From: Myxosarcina sp. GI1
GTDB taxonomy: Bacteria > Cyanobacteriota > Cyanobacteriia > Cyanobacteriales > Xenococcaceae
Length of the DNA stretch: 40,000 bases
Reading direction: 5' to 3'
Assembly: GCF_000756305.1 (NCBI RefSeq)
Contig: NZ_JRFE01000017.1
Location: forward strand, 205,434 to 245,433
Shown: in pieces, positions 17,155 through 27,928 of the stretch
Position numbering within the stretch: position 1 is the stretch's first letter
Layout of the letters: every line of letters begins with the position of its first letter
Made by a program: the position numbers and the translations under genes
The notes under the pieces: generated by a model
Database searches by the model: none
The model's input: only the letters and a program-made list of their open reading frames with translations
What the model was told of the DNA's origin: nothing

Positions 17155-18285
17155 TTACCCCAAACCAGGAATAAATCTCAATTTTTTAGTTGCGATCGCC
17201 GCAACTTCAGAATAGGTTAATTCACCGCAGAGAATTCTACCCATCAATTGCCCCGCACTAGAGCGTTTCAAACCTAGTTTGTATGCTAGTTTGGGTGCTT
17301 TATAAAAGATATTGGCTAAAAACTGTGCTTTACCCAGATCCGAACTCCATTCTTGCTTAATAGTTTCGCTATACTGCGCCAAAGCTTCAGCATCACCAGC
17401 TAAGGCTTTATCGATTGCCTCGGCAGCAGCAACACCCGTAAACATCGCGGGGCGAATTCCCTCCCCAATTAACGGATCGACAATACCAGCAGCTTCACCA
17501 ATAATTAAGGCGCGCTCGCTATGTAAGGGGCGATCTTCTTGCCACAGATTAATTTCGTGTTCGCGATATTCAGCATTTGATGTATCTAAGTCAAACTTGG
17601 CAGCATAGTTATTAAGCTGCTGTTTGAGTTCTTCGGGTTTGCCCTGGCGATCGCGCACAAATGCCGCGCTAAAGGTATAGCCATCGGCTTTGGGAAAACA
17701 CCACATAAAACCATTTTTTAGCGAACCAAAGTCAAAAAACGCCATATCCGAACGGCGATCGCTCACTTCCCCTGAAACTTCCAAACTGGCAGCAGGAACT
17801 TTTTGCGCCGCAGCATAACCCAACCATTCTGCAACTTTACTATTAGCACCGTCAGCAGCAATCAAATACTTAGCCGAGAAATTGCCATTGCTAGTGCTAA
17901 CCTGCCAACTATCTCCCTGTAACTCAATTCCTGTTACTTCCAAATTGTCTTTAAACTCAACGCCCTTTTCTTTAGCGCGATCGATTAAAAAGTTATCGAA
18001 CTTATCGCGCTGTACCATCCACATGGGGCTAATGTTTCTTAGCTGTATTTCCATTGGATCGTCCATTTTCCAGGTGTATTTCACCTTAGAAACGGTACGC
18101 TCGATAACGGGAGCAAAATCAAAATCAAATAACTTGGCGATCGCAGGAGAAACACCACCACCACAGGATTTATTACGGGGAAAAGCAGCTTTGTCAATTA
18201 CTAAAACCGAATGCTGTTTTTGCGCCAGTTGATAAGCCGCACTCGCTCCAGCAGGACCAGCACCAACAATAATACAGTCAAACAT
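17155..18285 (-). CDS. geranylgeranyl reductase-family FAD-dependent oxidoreductase
   Basis: 376 aa with the N-terminal dinucleotide fold CIIVGAGPAGASAAYQLA and later IAADGANS and GEAAGIVDPLIGEGI. Substrate cannot be assigned. It is shorter than, and distinct from, canonical ChlP. Confidence 0.6.
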   Translation of the reverse strand: MFDCIIVGAGPAGASAAYQLAQKQHSVLVIDKAAFPRNKSCGGGVSPAIAKLFDFDFAPVIERTVSKVKYTWKMDDPMEIQLRNISPMWMVQRDKFDNFLIDRAKEKGVEFKDNLEVTGIELQGDSWQVSTSNGNFSAKYLIAADGANSKVAEWLGYAAAQKVPAASLEVSGEVSDRRSDMAFFDFGSLKNGFMWCFPKADGYTFSAAFVRDRQGKPEELKQQLNNYAAKFDLDTSNAEYREHEINLWQEDRPLHSERALIIGEAAGIVDPLIGEGIRPAMFTGVAAAEAIDKALAGDAEALAQYSETIKQEWSSDLGKAQFLANIFYKAPKLAYKLGLKRSSAGQLMGRILCGELTYSEVAAIATKKLRFIPGLG

Positions 18286-18378
18286 AATTTAATCTACCTC
18301 ACTTGAAAATTGCCTAATACCGCCCTACTGTCTTATCACTAAAATGAACAAAAGTCGTAAAATAAGTCAGCCATTCAG

Positions 18379-18413
18379 CAATGAACAGAGAACAATGAAC
18401 AATGAACATTGAG
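18379..18413. repeat. heptamer tandem repeat (CAATGAA)n, five units
   Basis: Read directly: CAATGAA CAGAGAA CAATGAA CAATGAA CATTGAG. Confidence 0.75.
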
Positions 18414-18466
18414 CACTACAGACGATAAATGTTAAATGATAATTGCTCATTGTCTTTTGCCTGTTC

Positions 18467-18490
18467 CCTAAAGCCTAAAGCTTAAAGCCT
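18467..18490. repeat. heptamer tandem repeat (CCTAAAG)n, about 3.4 units
   Basis: Read directly: CCTAAAG CCTAAAG CTTAAAG CCT. It ends 4 nt from the sucrose synthase stop. Confidence 0.75.
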
Positions 18491-18493
18491 TCT

Positions 18494-20911
18494 TTACCGT
18501 TGCCAATGTTCTTCTAACAACGCCTTAGCTCTTGGTTTGTAAATTAGATAAAATAGCGATTCGATATAGCGCAGTAAGTCTTCGCGTTTTTCGCTAGAGG
18601 TAAAGTTCCAAAAGCCGTAAATTCGAGCCAGAGATAGTAAGCGACTGGTATGAATTTTCCAGGTATAGGTGCTGTAAACTCGTTCCATCCCTTTATCCGA
18701 AATCTGCTGCCAATAGCTGGGATCGCGATCGCATTTGCTAATAAAATCAAGCAGTTTTTGAGCGGTTTCCTTTAAATTGGTAGGATTGATATAATATCCG
18801 TTAACTGTGTCTTGAATAATTTCTAGAGGTCCACCAAACTGGGTGCCAAAAGTAGGTAAACCAGAAATCATTGCTTCGAGAATAGTCAAACCAAACGCTT
18901 CAAACAAAGCAGGCTGGACGAAAATCCCCTGGCGATCGGCAATTACCCGATAAATTTCTCCCGAATCGACTTTGGGCAGACGAATACCCAACCAGCGTAT
19001 TTTGCTATAGAGGTCGTACCGCTCGATAATGCGATACATCTTTTCAATTTCTTCTCGTTCTTCGTTGTCCGTCGAACCAGAAGTGTGAATTTTACCCGCA
19101 ACCAAAATTAAATTACAGCGTTCCTGTAGTTCTGGTGATTGACCGAAACATTCTGCCAAACCCGTAAGATTTTTGATGCGGTCTAGTCGCGCCATCGAAA
19201 ATAGTGGACGGCGGTTGGGATTTTCGAGTTTGCCATAGATAAACTCTGGGTCTTCGGCAGTAAATAACAGTTCTTCTAGCTTCTCGATCTTATTAGGTAC
19301 GCGGTCTTCATGTCGCGTATAGGGAAAATAGACGTTTTCGTTAACTCCCGGGGGAACGACATTAAACTTTGGCGAAAATAATTCGATCCCGTTGACTACG
19401 TGGTAGAGGTCGGGCATGGTCAGATTTTCATAAGATTCGTATTGTCCGACGCTATCGGGTCTACCGACAATTTCTTGATAGGTACTGCTAACGATACAGT
19501 TAGCGGCATTCATGGCGATAATATCGGCAGTAAACTGGAGAGAAAAATGATAGGTGCTTTCTAAATCCTGCCAGTAAAGGTTACTAAACAAATATTTCGA
19601 TTTTTCTAAAGCATGAGCGACATTAAATTGAGTAACTTTTAATCTTCTCGCCAACAAAAATGCCACCAAATTGCCATCGGAATAGTTGCCTACAATTAAA
19701 TCTGGGCTAGATTGAAACTCGGCAAAAAGTTCTTTTTCGGCATCGATCGCATAAGTCTCTAAATAAGGATATATTTCAAACCGCGAAATCCAGTTTTGGG
19801 TCATGTTGGGGTTAAATTCGCGGAAGGGAACGCGCAAAATCCAGGCGTTATCGGTGCCGTGTACTTTTTCTAACCTTTCGTTACAGCGAGTGCCGTCATT
19901 ATTGGGTATCAAACGCGAGAGAATAATTACTTTAGGTTTAACTTTAAAACTATCCAAGCCAGCCAGGGTAATATCTTCCTTTAGCTGTTTTTCTAAGCTT
20001 CGAGCCTGGTCTAAAACGTATACAACCTGTCCCCCCGTATCAGGACGACCCAATACACCTTCTTGAGCAAACCAGCCGTGAATTGACACTAAAACGATAC
20101 GGAAGATCATTGGAATGCGTGAGAGAAAAGCTTCCAAAACGCGATCGTCTGGAGAGTCGATCAGTTCGTCTAAAATTTCTAAAGTTTCTCTAACTCGTCC
20201 TGCGGTATTACCCCATCCAGGTTCAAAACCCAAGTTTTGCAGATCGAAGTGAAATTCTTCAAAAGGTTTATCGCTTGGTAATTCACCAACAAAGTTTAAA
20301 GCCTGCTTGACGCGATCGGATAGCTGGTGGCGATTGGCAATCCTACCATTGATCAATAGAGTAACGCCATTGTATCTATGAATATGAAGAAAATTATACA
20401 GAGCCTCTAGCCACTGGTTCGGGTCTTGAAAGAGTTTGCTGGATAAAAAACGATTGAGATACTGCAACCCTTTACCAATGTTTTTAGAGTCGCGAATAAT
20501 TGGCGAATAATCGTAAAAAGGTTGAAAGTCAATTTCAAAAACATCACCTTCTTCAGGATGATGGCGACCTACAAAGCGATCGCGTATGTCTAATAGCTGA
20601 GGGATTGAGATCGGTTCGACAGTCAGATCGTCAAAAATGCGATAGGCTTCTTGTTGGGCGATTTTGGGTCTGATAATCAGGCAAATGCTTTCTTCATCTA
20701 AAATAATTTCCTGAGTGTAATAAATTAACTTACCCAGGCGCGAACTAGACTCAAATTGCGGATCGTCTTTTTGCTGACAAAATTTATGAAAAGCATTCAG
20801 AATATCGTTACGCAATAAATATCTTTTGTCGGAAGCTTCCAATTCGCTAATAAATTCGCGCAGATCGCTTTTTTCTGCTGAATTGAGTACCGCCTCAATC
20901 GTGTAAGACAT
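18494..20911 (-). CDS. susA: sucrose synthase
   Basis: 805 aa with a long N-terminal regulatory region and a GT-B core. VLVSIHGWFAQEGVLGRPDTGGQVVYVLDQ is the characteristic SuS/GT4 motif. The size fits SuS rather than SPS. Confidence 0.8.
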   Translation of the reverse strand: MSYTIEAVLNSAEKSDLREFISELEASDKRYLLRNDILNAFHKFCQQKDDPQFESSSRLGKLIYYTQEIILDEESICLIIRPKIAQQEAYRIFDDLTVEPISIPQLLDIRDRFVGRHHPEEGDVFEIDFQPFYDYSPIIRDSKNIGKGLQYLNRFLSSKLFQDPNQWLEALYNFLHIHRYNGVTLLINGRIANRHQLSDRVKQALNFVGELPSDKPFEEFHFDLQNLGFEPGWGNTAGRVRETLEILDELIDSPDDRVLEAFLSRIPMIFRIVLVSIHGWFAQEGVLGRPDTGGQVVYVLDQARSLEKQLKEDITLAGLDSFKVKPKVIILSRLIPNNDGTRCNERLEKVHGTDNAWILRVPFREFNPNMTQNWISRFEIYPYLETYAIDAEKELFAEFQSSPDLIVGNYSDGNLVAFLLARRLKVTQFNVAHALEKSKYLFSNLYWQDLESTYHFSLQFTADIIAMNAANCIVSSTYQEIVGRPDSVGQYESYENLTMPDLYHVVNGIELFSPKFNVVPPGVNENVYFPYTRHEDRVPNKIEKLEELLFTAEDPEFIYGKLENPNRRPLFSMARLDRIKNLTGLAECFGQSPELQERCNLILVAGKIHTSGSTDNEEREEIEKMYRIIERYDLYSKIRWLGIRLPKVDSGEIYRVIADRQGIFVQPALFEAFGLTILEAMISGLPTFGTQFGGPLEIIQDTVNGYYINPTNLKETAQKLLDFISKCDRDPSYWQQISDKGMERVYSTYTWKIHTSRLLSLARIYGFWNFTSSEKREDLLRYIESLFYLIYKPRAKALLEEHWQR

Positions 20912-21253
20912 ATAGTTGTAGACTCTCCAGATAGCTATTAGTTACTTAATATTTAGGCAAAATCCCATTATCGCCTTTAATCGTAGAGTCGATCGCAGCG
21001 ATTTTTATATTCTTGAATACAAATGCAAACGAAGCATTTAATGGATGACTATGTAAATGTCAACAACACCATTTAAATTTTCCTAAAATTTTTTTAAAAT
21101 CAACCATTTTTGAGACTTGTTGGGGAATTCTATAACAGAACGATACTTTAGTTTTCTCTGCAATAGGTTTGACAGATAACTCTATTTTTGGGGAAGCAAA
21201 CATTTCATCGCTTGACTGAATTTATTGAATATTTAAAATTAAAAGCTACAAAA

Positions 21254-23746
21254 ATGACATCAGCAAATGCCGAAACTCTTTACCAACAAGGACTAGAAAA
21301 ACTCGAACAAAAAGATTTTTTAGGAGCAATTGAAAACTTCGACCGAGCTTTACTATTAAATCCTAATTTGGTTGAAGTCTACAAACAACGAGGACACGCT
21401 TATTTACTTCTCGATAATTTTACAGAAGCCATTGCAAATTTTAATCGGGCAATTGAGTTTACTCCCCACGATACTGAAGTTTATGAATTTCGCGCCCTGG
21501 CTCGAATGGAACAGGGAGAAGTGCTGGCTGCCTTGTCAGACTTAGAGCGCGGATTAGAGCTACAACCAGATTCATTTGAAAGTTATAAAATCAGAGCTAT
21601 ACTGCGTCTATCATTAGGCGATTTTGAGGGCGTTTGGGAAGACAGTGGTAAAGCTCTCGCTCTAAATCAAAATGATGCTACTCTATACAATTTGCGTGGT
21701 CTTGTTTCCTTTATTAGAGAAGAATACGAACCAGCTCTCGATCTATTCAATAGAGCCTTAATTTTAGACCCTAGTTCTGCTGAAGCTTACTGTAATCGTG
21801 GCGGAGTATATGTTACTTTTGGCAACTACGAACAAGCAATTGCTGATTTTAATCGCACTCTAGAACTAAATCCCAACTACGTTGCCGCATATGAAAATAG
21901 AAGCAGAATACTTTGGAAACAAGGAAACCTAGAAGCCGCTTTGAGGGATCTAGAACAAGTTCTGCGGCTCAAACCCGACGACGCAGAAGCTTTAAGCGCT
22001 CGCCTCAAGATTAATCTCACTTTAGGTAATTTTCAAGCAGCTATTAAAGATTTACAATCTGTCTTACAAATTAATCCCGAACTGTTAGATAAAGATTTTC
22101 AATTCCCTGACGAGCTTCGACAAGTTCTAATTTCCCAACCACATGATGCCGAAAGCTACCTCGATCGTGGTGCTGTGTTTTATATATTTCAGAATTTCGA
22201 GAGAGCGGTAGCAGATTTCGACCGAGCTATTGCCTTAGATCCCGACCAAATGCCAGTATTAACTGTAAGAGCTTTATGCAATACATATCTCGAACGCTAT
22301 CTACAGGTTATCGCTGATTGCGATCGCCTTATATCTTCTCAAAACAACAATGCTTTAGTCTACAGACTTCGAGGCATTGCTCGTTACCACAATAACGATC
22401 GAAACGGAGCGTTAGAGGACTTGAATAAAGCAGTACAACTAAATCCTGATGATATTGAAGTTTACCAAAATAGAGGCGTACTTTACTCAGAGCTAGGGTT
22501 ATTGTCAGAAGCCTTAGATGATTTTAATCGTGTTCTACAAGCCAAACCAGATTTTGTAGCTGCTCATAATCACAGAAGCGAAATTTGTTATCGACTCGGT
22601 AGGATGCAAGAATCTTTAGAATCTTTGAACCGAGCGATCGAACTCAAGCGAGAAGATATAGATGTAGCCCTCTATGAAAATCGCAGTAGAGTAAAACAAA
22701 AATTAGGAGATATTTCAGGGGCAATTGCTGACTTAGACTATATAATCAGGCTCAATTATGACGATATAGAAACTTACCGCAGACGAGGACATCTTCATTT
22801 AGAACAAGAAAATTATCCCCAAGTAATTGAAGATTATACACAAGTCTTAAATTTAGATTCTGCTGATTTTAAAGCTTATATTAATAGAGGTATTGCCTAC
22901 GCTAAAACTGGAAATACACAAAAAGCATTTTCAGACTTTACCAAAGCTATTCAAATTAAACCAGAGGAATCTGAGGGATACGAATTGAGAAGTATGCTTA
23001 GTTTTGAAGCAGGTAATTTGGAAGCGGCGAGCGAAGATCTTAAGTTGTTGCTACGTATCGAACCGAACAATATTCGGGCGATCGAGTTTCTAGTGGGTAT
23101 ATATCTCCATAAAAATGAATGGCAGCAAGCACTTGTTGAGTGTAACAAGATAGTAGCAATTTTACCTAACAACCCTACTATGTACCTCAACAGAAGCAAA
23201 ATCAATATTAAATTAAATAATCAAAATGAGGTACTTGCCGATCTCAATAAAGCAATCTTTTTAGATTCGCACAATTATAGTGCCTATTACAATCGTGGTA
23301 ACTTATTCTTTAAAAGAGGACAATTGGAAGAAGCACTCGAAGATTTTAACCAAGCAATAATAATTAGACCCGAATCTTGCGATGCTTACTATAGCCGAGG
23401 AGCAATTAAATTAAATTTGGGGAGGATAGAAGAGAGTATTAAAGACTTGGAGCAAGCAATTACAATAAATCCTAACTTCTTTACAGCCAATTATTTCCTT
23501 GGTAATGCCTATGCCTCTAAAGATAATGCCTCACAAGCTTTGCATTACTATAATAGAGCTTTGGAAATAGATCCTGATTCAGAAGAAGCAGAAATCTATT
23601 GGAATAGAGGTTATGCACATTTGGCTATCGGAGAAAAACAGCTAGCTATTAATGATTTTGAGAAAGCAGCTTTAATTTGGAAAGCGCAAAACAATTTGGA
23701 TGACTATCAAAAATCGCTCGCTCAAATTAAAAGACTTAATATGTAA
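21254..23746 (+). CDS. large tetratricopeptide (TPR) repeat protein
   Basis: The ORF track begins at TTG 21188; the first ATG (MTSANAETLYQQG) is at 21254. About 830 aa are almost entirely 34-aa TPR units, with the repeated patterns A..DF..AL.L.P....AY.NRG. Confidence 0.8.
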   Translation: MTSANAETLYQQGLEKLEQKDFLGAIENFDRALLLNPNLVEVYKQRGHAYLLLDNFTEAIANFNRAIEFTPHDTEVYEFRALARMEQGEVLAALSDLERGLELQPDSFESYKIRAILRLSLGDFEGVWEDSGKALALNQNDATLYNLRGLVSFIREEYEPALDLFNRALILDPSSAEAYCNRGGVYVTFGNYEQAIADFNRTLELNPNYVAAYENRSRILWKQGNLEAALRDLEQVLRLKPDDAEALSARLKINLTLGNFQAAIKDLQSVLQINPELLDKDFQFPDELRQVLISQPHDAESYLDRGAVFYIFQNFERAVADFDRAIALDPDQMPVLTVRALCNTYLERYLQVIADCDRLISSQNNNALVYRLRGIARYHNNDRNGALEDLNKAVQLNPDDIEVYQNRGVLYSELGLLSEALDDFNRVLQAKPDFVAAHNHRSEICYRLGRMQESLESLNRAIELKREDIDVALYENRSRVKQKLGDISGAIADLDYIIRLNYDDIETYRRRGHLHLEQENYPQVIEDYTQVLNLDSADFKAYINRGIAYAKTGNTQKAFSDFTKAIQIKPEESEGYELRSMLSFEAGNLEAASEDLKLLLRIEPNNIRAIEFLVGIYLHKNEWQQALVECNKIVAILPNNPTMYLNRSKINIKLNNQNEVLADLNKAIFLDSHNYSAYYNRGNLFFKRGQLEEALEDFNQAIIIRPESCDAYYSRGAIKLNLGRIEESIKDLEQAITINPNFFTANYFLGNAYASKDNASQALHYYNRALEIDPDSEEAEIYWNRGYAHLAIGEKQLAINDFEKAALIWKAQNNLDDYQKSLAQIKRLNM

Positions 23747-23771
23747 ATTTTGTTTTTCTAATATTTTAGCT

Positions 23772-25139
23772 CTAGTTAATCTGGGTAATAAAATCAGAAA
23801 TTTCATTAACTATCCATTTTTGCTCATCAGGTCTAATCATATAACCGAATTCCGTCGTTCTACTAGTTTCGTTTAAATGGCAACAATAGCTTTTGTTGTC
23901 ATTTATATCATCTACATCGTAAGATGTGTATCCTTGTTCTATACTTTGTATTTTATTTGTTTTTCCATAAATTTGCTTTCCTAATTTGAAAATACTTTTC
24001 CGAAGCTTAAATCTATCTCGATCGATTTCTATCTCTGTATAACCAAATAATCCCCAGAAAAACATTCCTAAAGGATATATTAAAAATCTCCAAAAAGGAA
24101 TTAAAGACAAAGAAGCAAGTGTAGCAAATATCAATGATTTTGTGGCAAAAGCTATTAAGTTGACGACAGCAGATATAAACAACGCTGTTAATACGGCAGC
24201 CAAAGAAAATATACCATGCGTATATAAATGTATTAAAATACTGCCTTGAAATCCAGAGTTAGGCATTTTTATCTCGATCTTACTCTGGTTTCTAGTTAAT
24301 ACAATTCGACTATTAGCAGGCTGGGGAAATTTGTTCTCACTATAAAAAACTTCTAAAGCTTCTGCTACAGATTGAAATCTTTCTTCCACAATAGGCTCTA
24401 ACAGCTTATCGAGCCAGTTCGCAAATTTATCCGAAACTTTAGTTGAAGCACGAACATCGAGTTTCAATTTTTTTTGCGGAAGCTTGTCGGGAGTTTGCTT
24501 GGTCAATAAAAACAGTAGAGTTGCACCAAGACTATACAAGTCGGTAGCAAAGCTAGTTTGTCCTCTTAACTGTTCGGGAGGCATATAGCCCAAGGTTCCA
24601 ACGAAAGTGCTACCACCACTGAGGGTTTGACGATAGATTTCTTGTACCGAACCAAAATCAACTAAAAATAACTTTCCATCAGTACTCCTAATTAAGTTTT
24701 GAGGCTTGATATCGCGATGAATTATGAGTGGTGTTTGTTGATGGAGATAGTCAAGTATTTCTAAAACCTTAATAGCTATTTGCTTTACTTCACTCTCATT
24801 AAAGCGTTTACCTTTTTTCACTAAATCGAATAATGAATCACCCGTAACTAACTCTCTTACTAAATAGAAATAACGATCTTCGGCAGTGTCAACGTGAAAG
24901 TATTCAATATATTTGGGTATGGCAGGATGATTGAGAGAGGCTAAGGTTTTGGCTTCTCTTTCAAATAGTTCTAAGACTTTCCAATCTTTAGTTTGGCGCA
25001 GAGAAACTGTTTTAATTGCCACTTTTTCGGAAGTAGTTATGTTTTCTGCTTCATAAGTTTTTCCTACTCCTCCTTCTCCTAGAAGTTTAATAATCCGATA
25101 CTTTTCAGAAATAACTTTAGTAATTTGTTTACTATTCAT
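23772..25139 (-). CDS. Ser/Thr protein kinase with C-terminal membrane helices and a domain of unknown function
   Basis: GEGGVGKTY, AIK, HRDIKPQN, DFG and GTLGYMPPE are present. After ~270 aa come at least two long hydrophobic segments, then ~90 aa with no family I can recognise. Confidence 0.8.
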   Translation of the reverse strand: MNSKQITKVISEKYRIIKLLGEGGVGKTYEAENITTSEKVAIKTVSLRQTKDWKVLELFEREAKTLASLNHPAIPKYIEYFHVDTAEDRYFYLVRELVTGDSLFDLVKKGKRFNESEVKQIAIKVLEILDYLHQQTPLIIHRDIKPQNLIRSTDGKLFLVDFGSVQEIYRQTLSGGSTFVGTLGYMPPEQLRGQTSFATDLYSLGATLLFLLTKQTPDKLPQKKLKLDVRASTKVSDKFANWLDKLLEPIVEERFQSVAEALEVFYSENKFPQPANSRIVLTRNQSKIEIKMPNSGFQGSILIHLYTHGIFSLAAVLTALFISAVVNLIAFATKSLIFATLASLSLIPFWRFLIYPLGMFFWGLFGYTEIEIDRDRFKLRKSIFKLGKQIYGKTNKIQSIEQGYTSYDVDDINDNKSYCCHLNETSRTTEFGYMIRPDEQKWIVNEISDFITQIN

Positions 25140-25435
25140 ATAAATAATTTTTAAATATTAAAATATTGTCGATTATTACCTCTCTTACAATTGTAAATTT
25201 TCCAAAATCACTGTTTTTTTCAGTTTAGCTGTGTATTACAATGAAATATCAGCTTTAGCTTTTCTATTAGATTTGTCATAGCAATAGAAGCCGTTTCATC
25301 ATGCTGCTTCTGCACTAATAGCCAGTCGCCAATTTATATCGAGTCGAAAAGTGTCATAGAGATTAATGTAACTGTAAATCAAAGAAGTCAAGGCTCTGCG
25401 TTCTTCCCAAGTCAGCGATCGCCTATCCTCTACTA

Positions 25436-26857
25436 CTACACAGAAACTTTAAACCCTGTTGGACAAAAGTGACTCCAGGGTTTAGCTGCTTCGATTTGGG
25501 CTGCAAGTGCTAAAATTGTCTCTTCAGCAGCAGGTTTTCCTACTAGCTGTACGCCTAAAGGTACGCCATTGCGATCGAAACCAGCAGGTATATTAATAGA
25601 TGGCTGTCCCGTCGCATTAAAGGGAGGACAGGGTAGAATCCAGCTAACAATTTTTTCTAAAGTTTCTTCGGAATTTAAATGCGCCCATTCGCCAACTTTA
25701 ATGGCGGGGTGCATATAAGTAGGAACTATTAGAGCATCGTAGCGATCGCAAATACTAACTATGTTTCTGGCGATCGCCTGCATCTGCCCTGCTGCCTGTA
25801 AATATTCTCCTGCCGTACCAGCCTGTTGCATAATCCAGCGATTGATCTGACTCAAAATCTCGGCAGGAATTCCTGCTGCTGCTACTCCAGCAGCCCAGAT
25901 CCGCTTAAATGGTTCAATCAACTCGCTAAGGTCTATGGATATGGGTTCTATCTCATGACCCATTTCAGCCAAGATTTGAATTGTTGAGTCAAGGCTTTGT
26001 TGACATTCAGCAGCCGCTTTTCCTACGGGTAAAATTTCGGTGGCGTAGGCAATGCGTAACTGAGGCAGTTCTCGTTCGCTCATCTCCAAAAAAGATGTTT
26101 CGGGATTTGGCAACCAATAGGGATCGCCCGTCACGTAACCAGAAATAGTATCTAGTAAAGCTGCGGCATCGGCTACGGTACGCACTAGCATTCCACTACT
26201 GGCAATACCGTTTTGGCGATCGCCAACGGGCGCGTAGGAAACTCTGCCCCGACTGGGTTTGAGTCCGACCAGATTGCAGCAAAAAGCGGGACCTCGAATT
26301 GAGCCTCCTGCATCGCCACCTTGAGCGATAGAGCATAAGCCAGCCGCTACTGCTGCCGCCGCACCACCGCTAGAACCTCCTGGTGTATAGTTTAAATTCC
26401 AGGGGTTGCGAGTGGGAGCAAATCCTTCTGGTTCGGTGTAGGGTAAAGAACCAAGTTGAGAAGTTGCAGTTTTGCCTAAAATAATTGTGCCTGCCTGTTT
26501 GAGCTTGAGGGTAATGTTATCGTCATAGGTAGCAAAATTATCTTTTATCGCTCCTACTCCGTAAGTAGTCGGCATACCTTTAACTGAGGTCAGATCTTTA
26601 ATAGCAGTGGGTACACCAAATAAAGGCGGTAAATCGCTATTACTTTTACTCTTTGCCAGATATTCGGTTTTTTGTCGGGCATCGGCGATCGCTGAATCTG
26701 CTGCTACATGATAAAAACAGTTTAGCTGGGGGTTGTATTTATCGATTCTGGATAAATATAATTCGGTTAATTCCAAAGGCGAAATAGCGCGATCGCGAAT
26801 TAATCGAGCTTGTTTGAGTGCGGGAAGAAAGGCTAAATCCTCGTTGCTAAATGACAT
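25436..26857 (-). CDS. amidase-signature family amidase
   Basis: 473 aa with GGSSGG inside a Gly/Ser-rich signature region, plus K and cis-Ser positions as in GatA-like amidases. It stands alone with no gatB or gatC adjacent. Confidence 0.75.
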   Translation of the reverse strand: MSFSNEDLAFLPALKQARLIRDRAISPLELTELYLSRIDKYNPQLNCFYHVAADSAIADARQKTEYLAKSKSNSDLPPLFGVPTAIKDLTSVKGMPTTYGVGAIKDNFATYDDNITLKLKQAGTIILGKTATSQLGSLPYTEPEGFAPTRNPWNLNYTPGGSSGGAAAAVAAGLCSIAQGGDAGGSIRGPAFCCNLVGLKPSRGRVSYAPVGDRQNGIASSGMLVRTVADAAALLDTISGYVTGDPYWLPNPETSFLEMSERELPQLRIAYATEILPVGKAAAECQQSLDSTIQILAEMGHEIEPISIDLSELIEPFKRIWAAGVAAAGIPAEILSQINRWIMQQAGTAGEYLQAAGQMQAIARNIVSICDRYDALIVPTYMHPAIKVGEWAHLNSEETLEKIVSWILPCPPFNATGQPSINIPAGFDRNGVPLGVQLVGKPAAEETILALAAQIEAAKPWSHFCPTGFKVSV

Positions 26858-27046
26858 TATTATTTACTAGATTAAAGTCAACTGTTAATTTTGTAGTACG
26901 CTAGCAAAAGTTTGGGTAAATAATTCCCGCTTTTAATTTCTGAAATACGATAAACTTTCTAGGTTGCATACTCTGTGATTTTATAACGGAGTTTCAAAAT
27001 CGTGCGCGAACAAAGCATTACGAAAACTTTTTAAATATATACAAGA

Positions 27047-27883
27047 ATGAATAATCAGTCTACCAGTTGGCAGCCACTAGCAGGTGGTATTATTGCCGCT
27101 CTAATTATCCTCATAGCATTTAATTCCTTTGTAATTATCAATCCAGGTGAAGCAGGGGTTCTGAGTATTTTAGGTAAAGCTCAAGATGGAGAATTACTCG
27201 AAGGACTTCATTTTCGACCACCCCTAGTTTCTAACGTCGATATATACGATATAACCGTTCAAAAATTTGAAGTTCCTGCCGAAAGCTCTACTAAAGATTT
27301 ACAAGATCTTAAAGCTCGCTTTGCGATTAACTTTCGTCTCGATCCAATTCAAATTGTCGAAATTAGACGCAAACAGGGAACCTTACAAAATATTGTTGCC
27401 AAAATTATTGCTCCCCAAACTCAAGAATCATTTAAAATTGCTGCCGCTAGAAGAACTGTAGAAGAAGCAATTACCAAACGCAGCGAACTTAAAGAAGATT
27501 TTGATATTGCCCTTGGTTCGCGATTAGATAAGTATGGCATTACCGTTCTCGATACCAGCGTAGTCGATCTGAGCTTCTCTCCCGAATTTGCTAGAGCCGT
27601 AGAGGAAAAACAAATTGCCGAGCAAAAAGCCAGACGAGCTGTATATATTGCCAGGGAAGCAGAACAACAGGCTCAAGCAGATGTCAACCGCGCTAAAGGA
27701 CGCGCTGAGGCTCAAAGATTACTGGCAGAAACCCTCAAAGCACAAGGTGGCGAACTAGTACTGCAAAAAGAAGCGATCGAAGCCTGGCGACAGGGAGGTT
27801 CGCAAATGCCCAAAGTCTTAGTAATGGGCGGCGAATCCAACGGCAGCGTTCCCTTTTTGTTTAATTTAGGAGAAATGCAGTAG
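27047..27883 (+). CDS. SPFH/Band 7 (prohibitin-like) membrane protein
   Basis: 278 aa with an N-terminal TM helix, then INPGEAGVLSILGK..., then an Ala/Glu/Gln-rich coiled-coil (EEKQIAEQKARRAVYIAREAEQQAQAD...). Confidence 0.75.
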   Translation: MNNQSTSWQPLAGGIIAALIILIAFNSFVIINPGEAGVLSILGKAQDGELLEGLHFRPPLVSNVDIYDITVQKFEVPAESSTKDLQDLKARFAINFRLDPIQIVEIRRKQGTLQNIVAKIIAPQTQESFKIAAARRTVEEAITKRSELKEDFDIALGSRLDKYGITVLDTSVVDLSFSPEFARAVEEKQIAEQKARRAVYIAREAEQQAQADVNRAKGRAEAQRLLAETLKAQGGELVLQKEAIEAWRQGGSQMPKVLVMGGESNGSVPFLFNLGEMQ

Positions 27884-27889
27884 TAGCAG

Positions 27890-27909
27890 GGGCAAGGCAT
27901 GCCTTGCCC
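27890..27909. terminator. perfect 20-nt palindrome GGGCAAGGCATGCCTTGCCC between convergent genes
   Basis: Read directly. It lies between the SPFH stop (27883) and the argF stop (27929). It lacks a clear T-tract, so a terminator role is uncertain. Confidence 0.35.
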
Positions 27910-27928
27910 GTATCATTTCCGATCGCCA

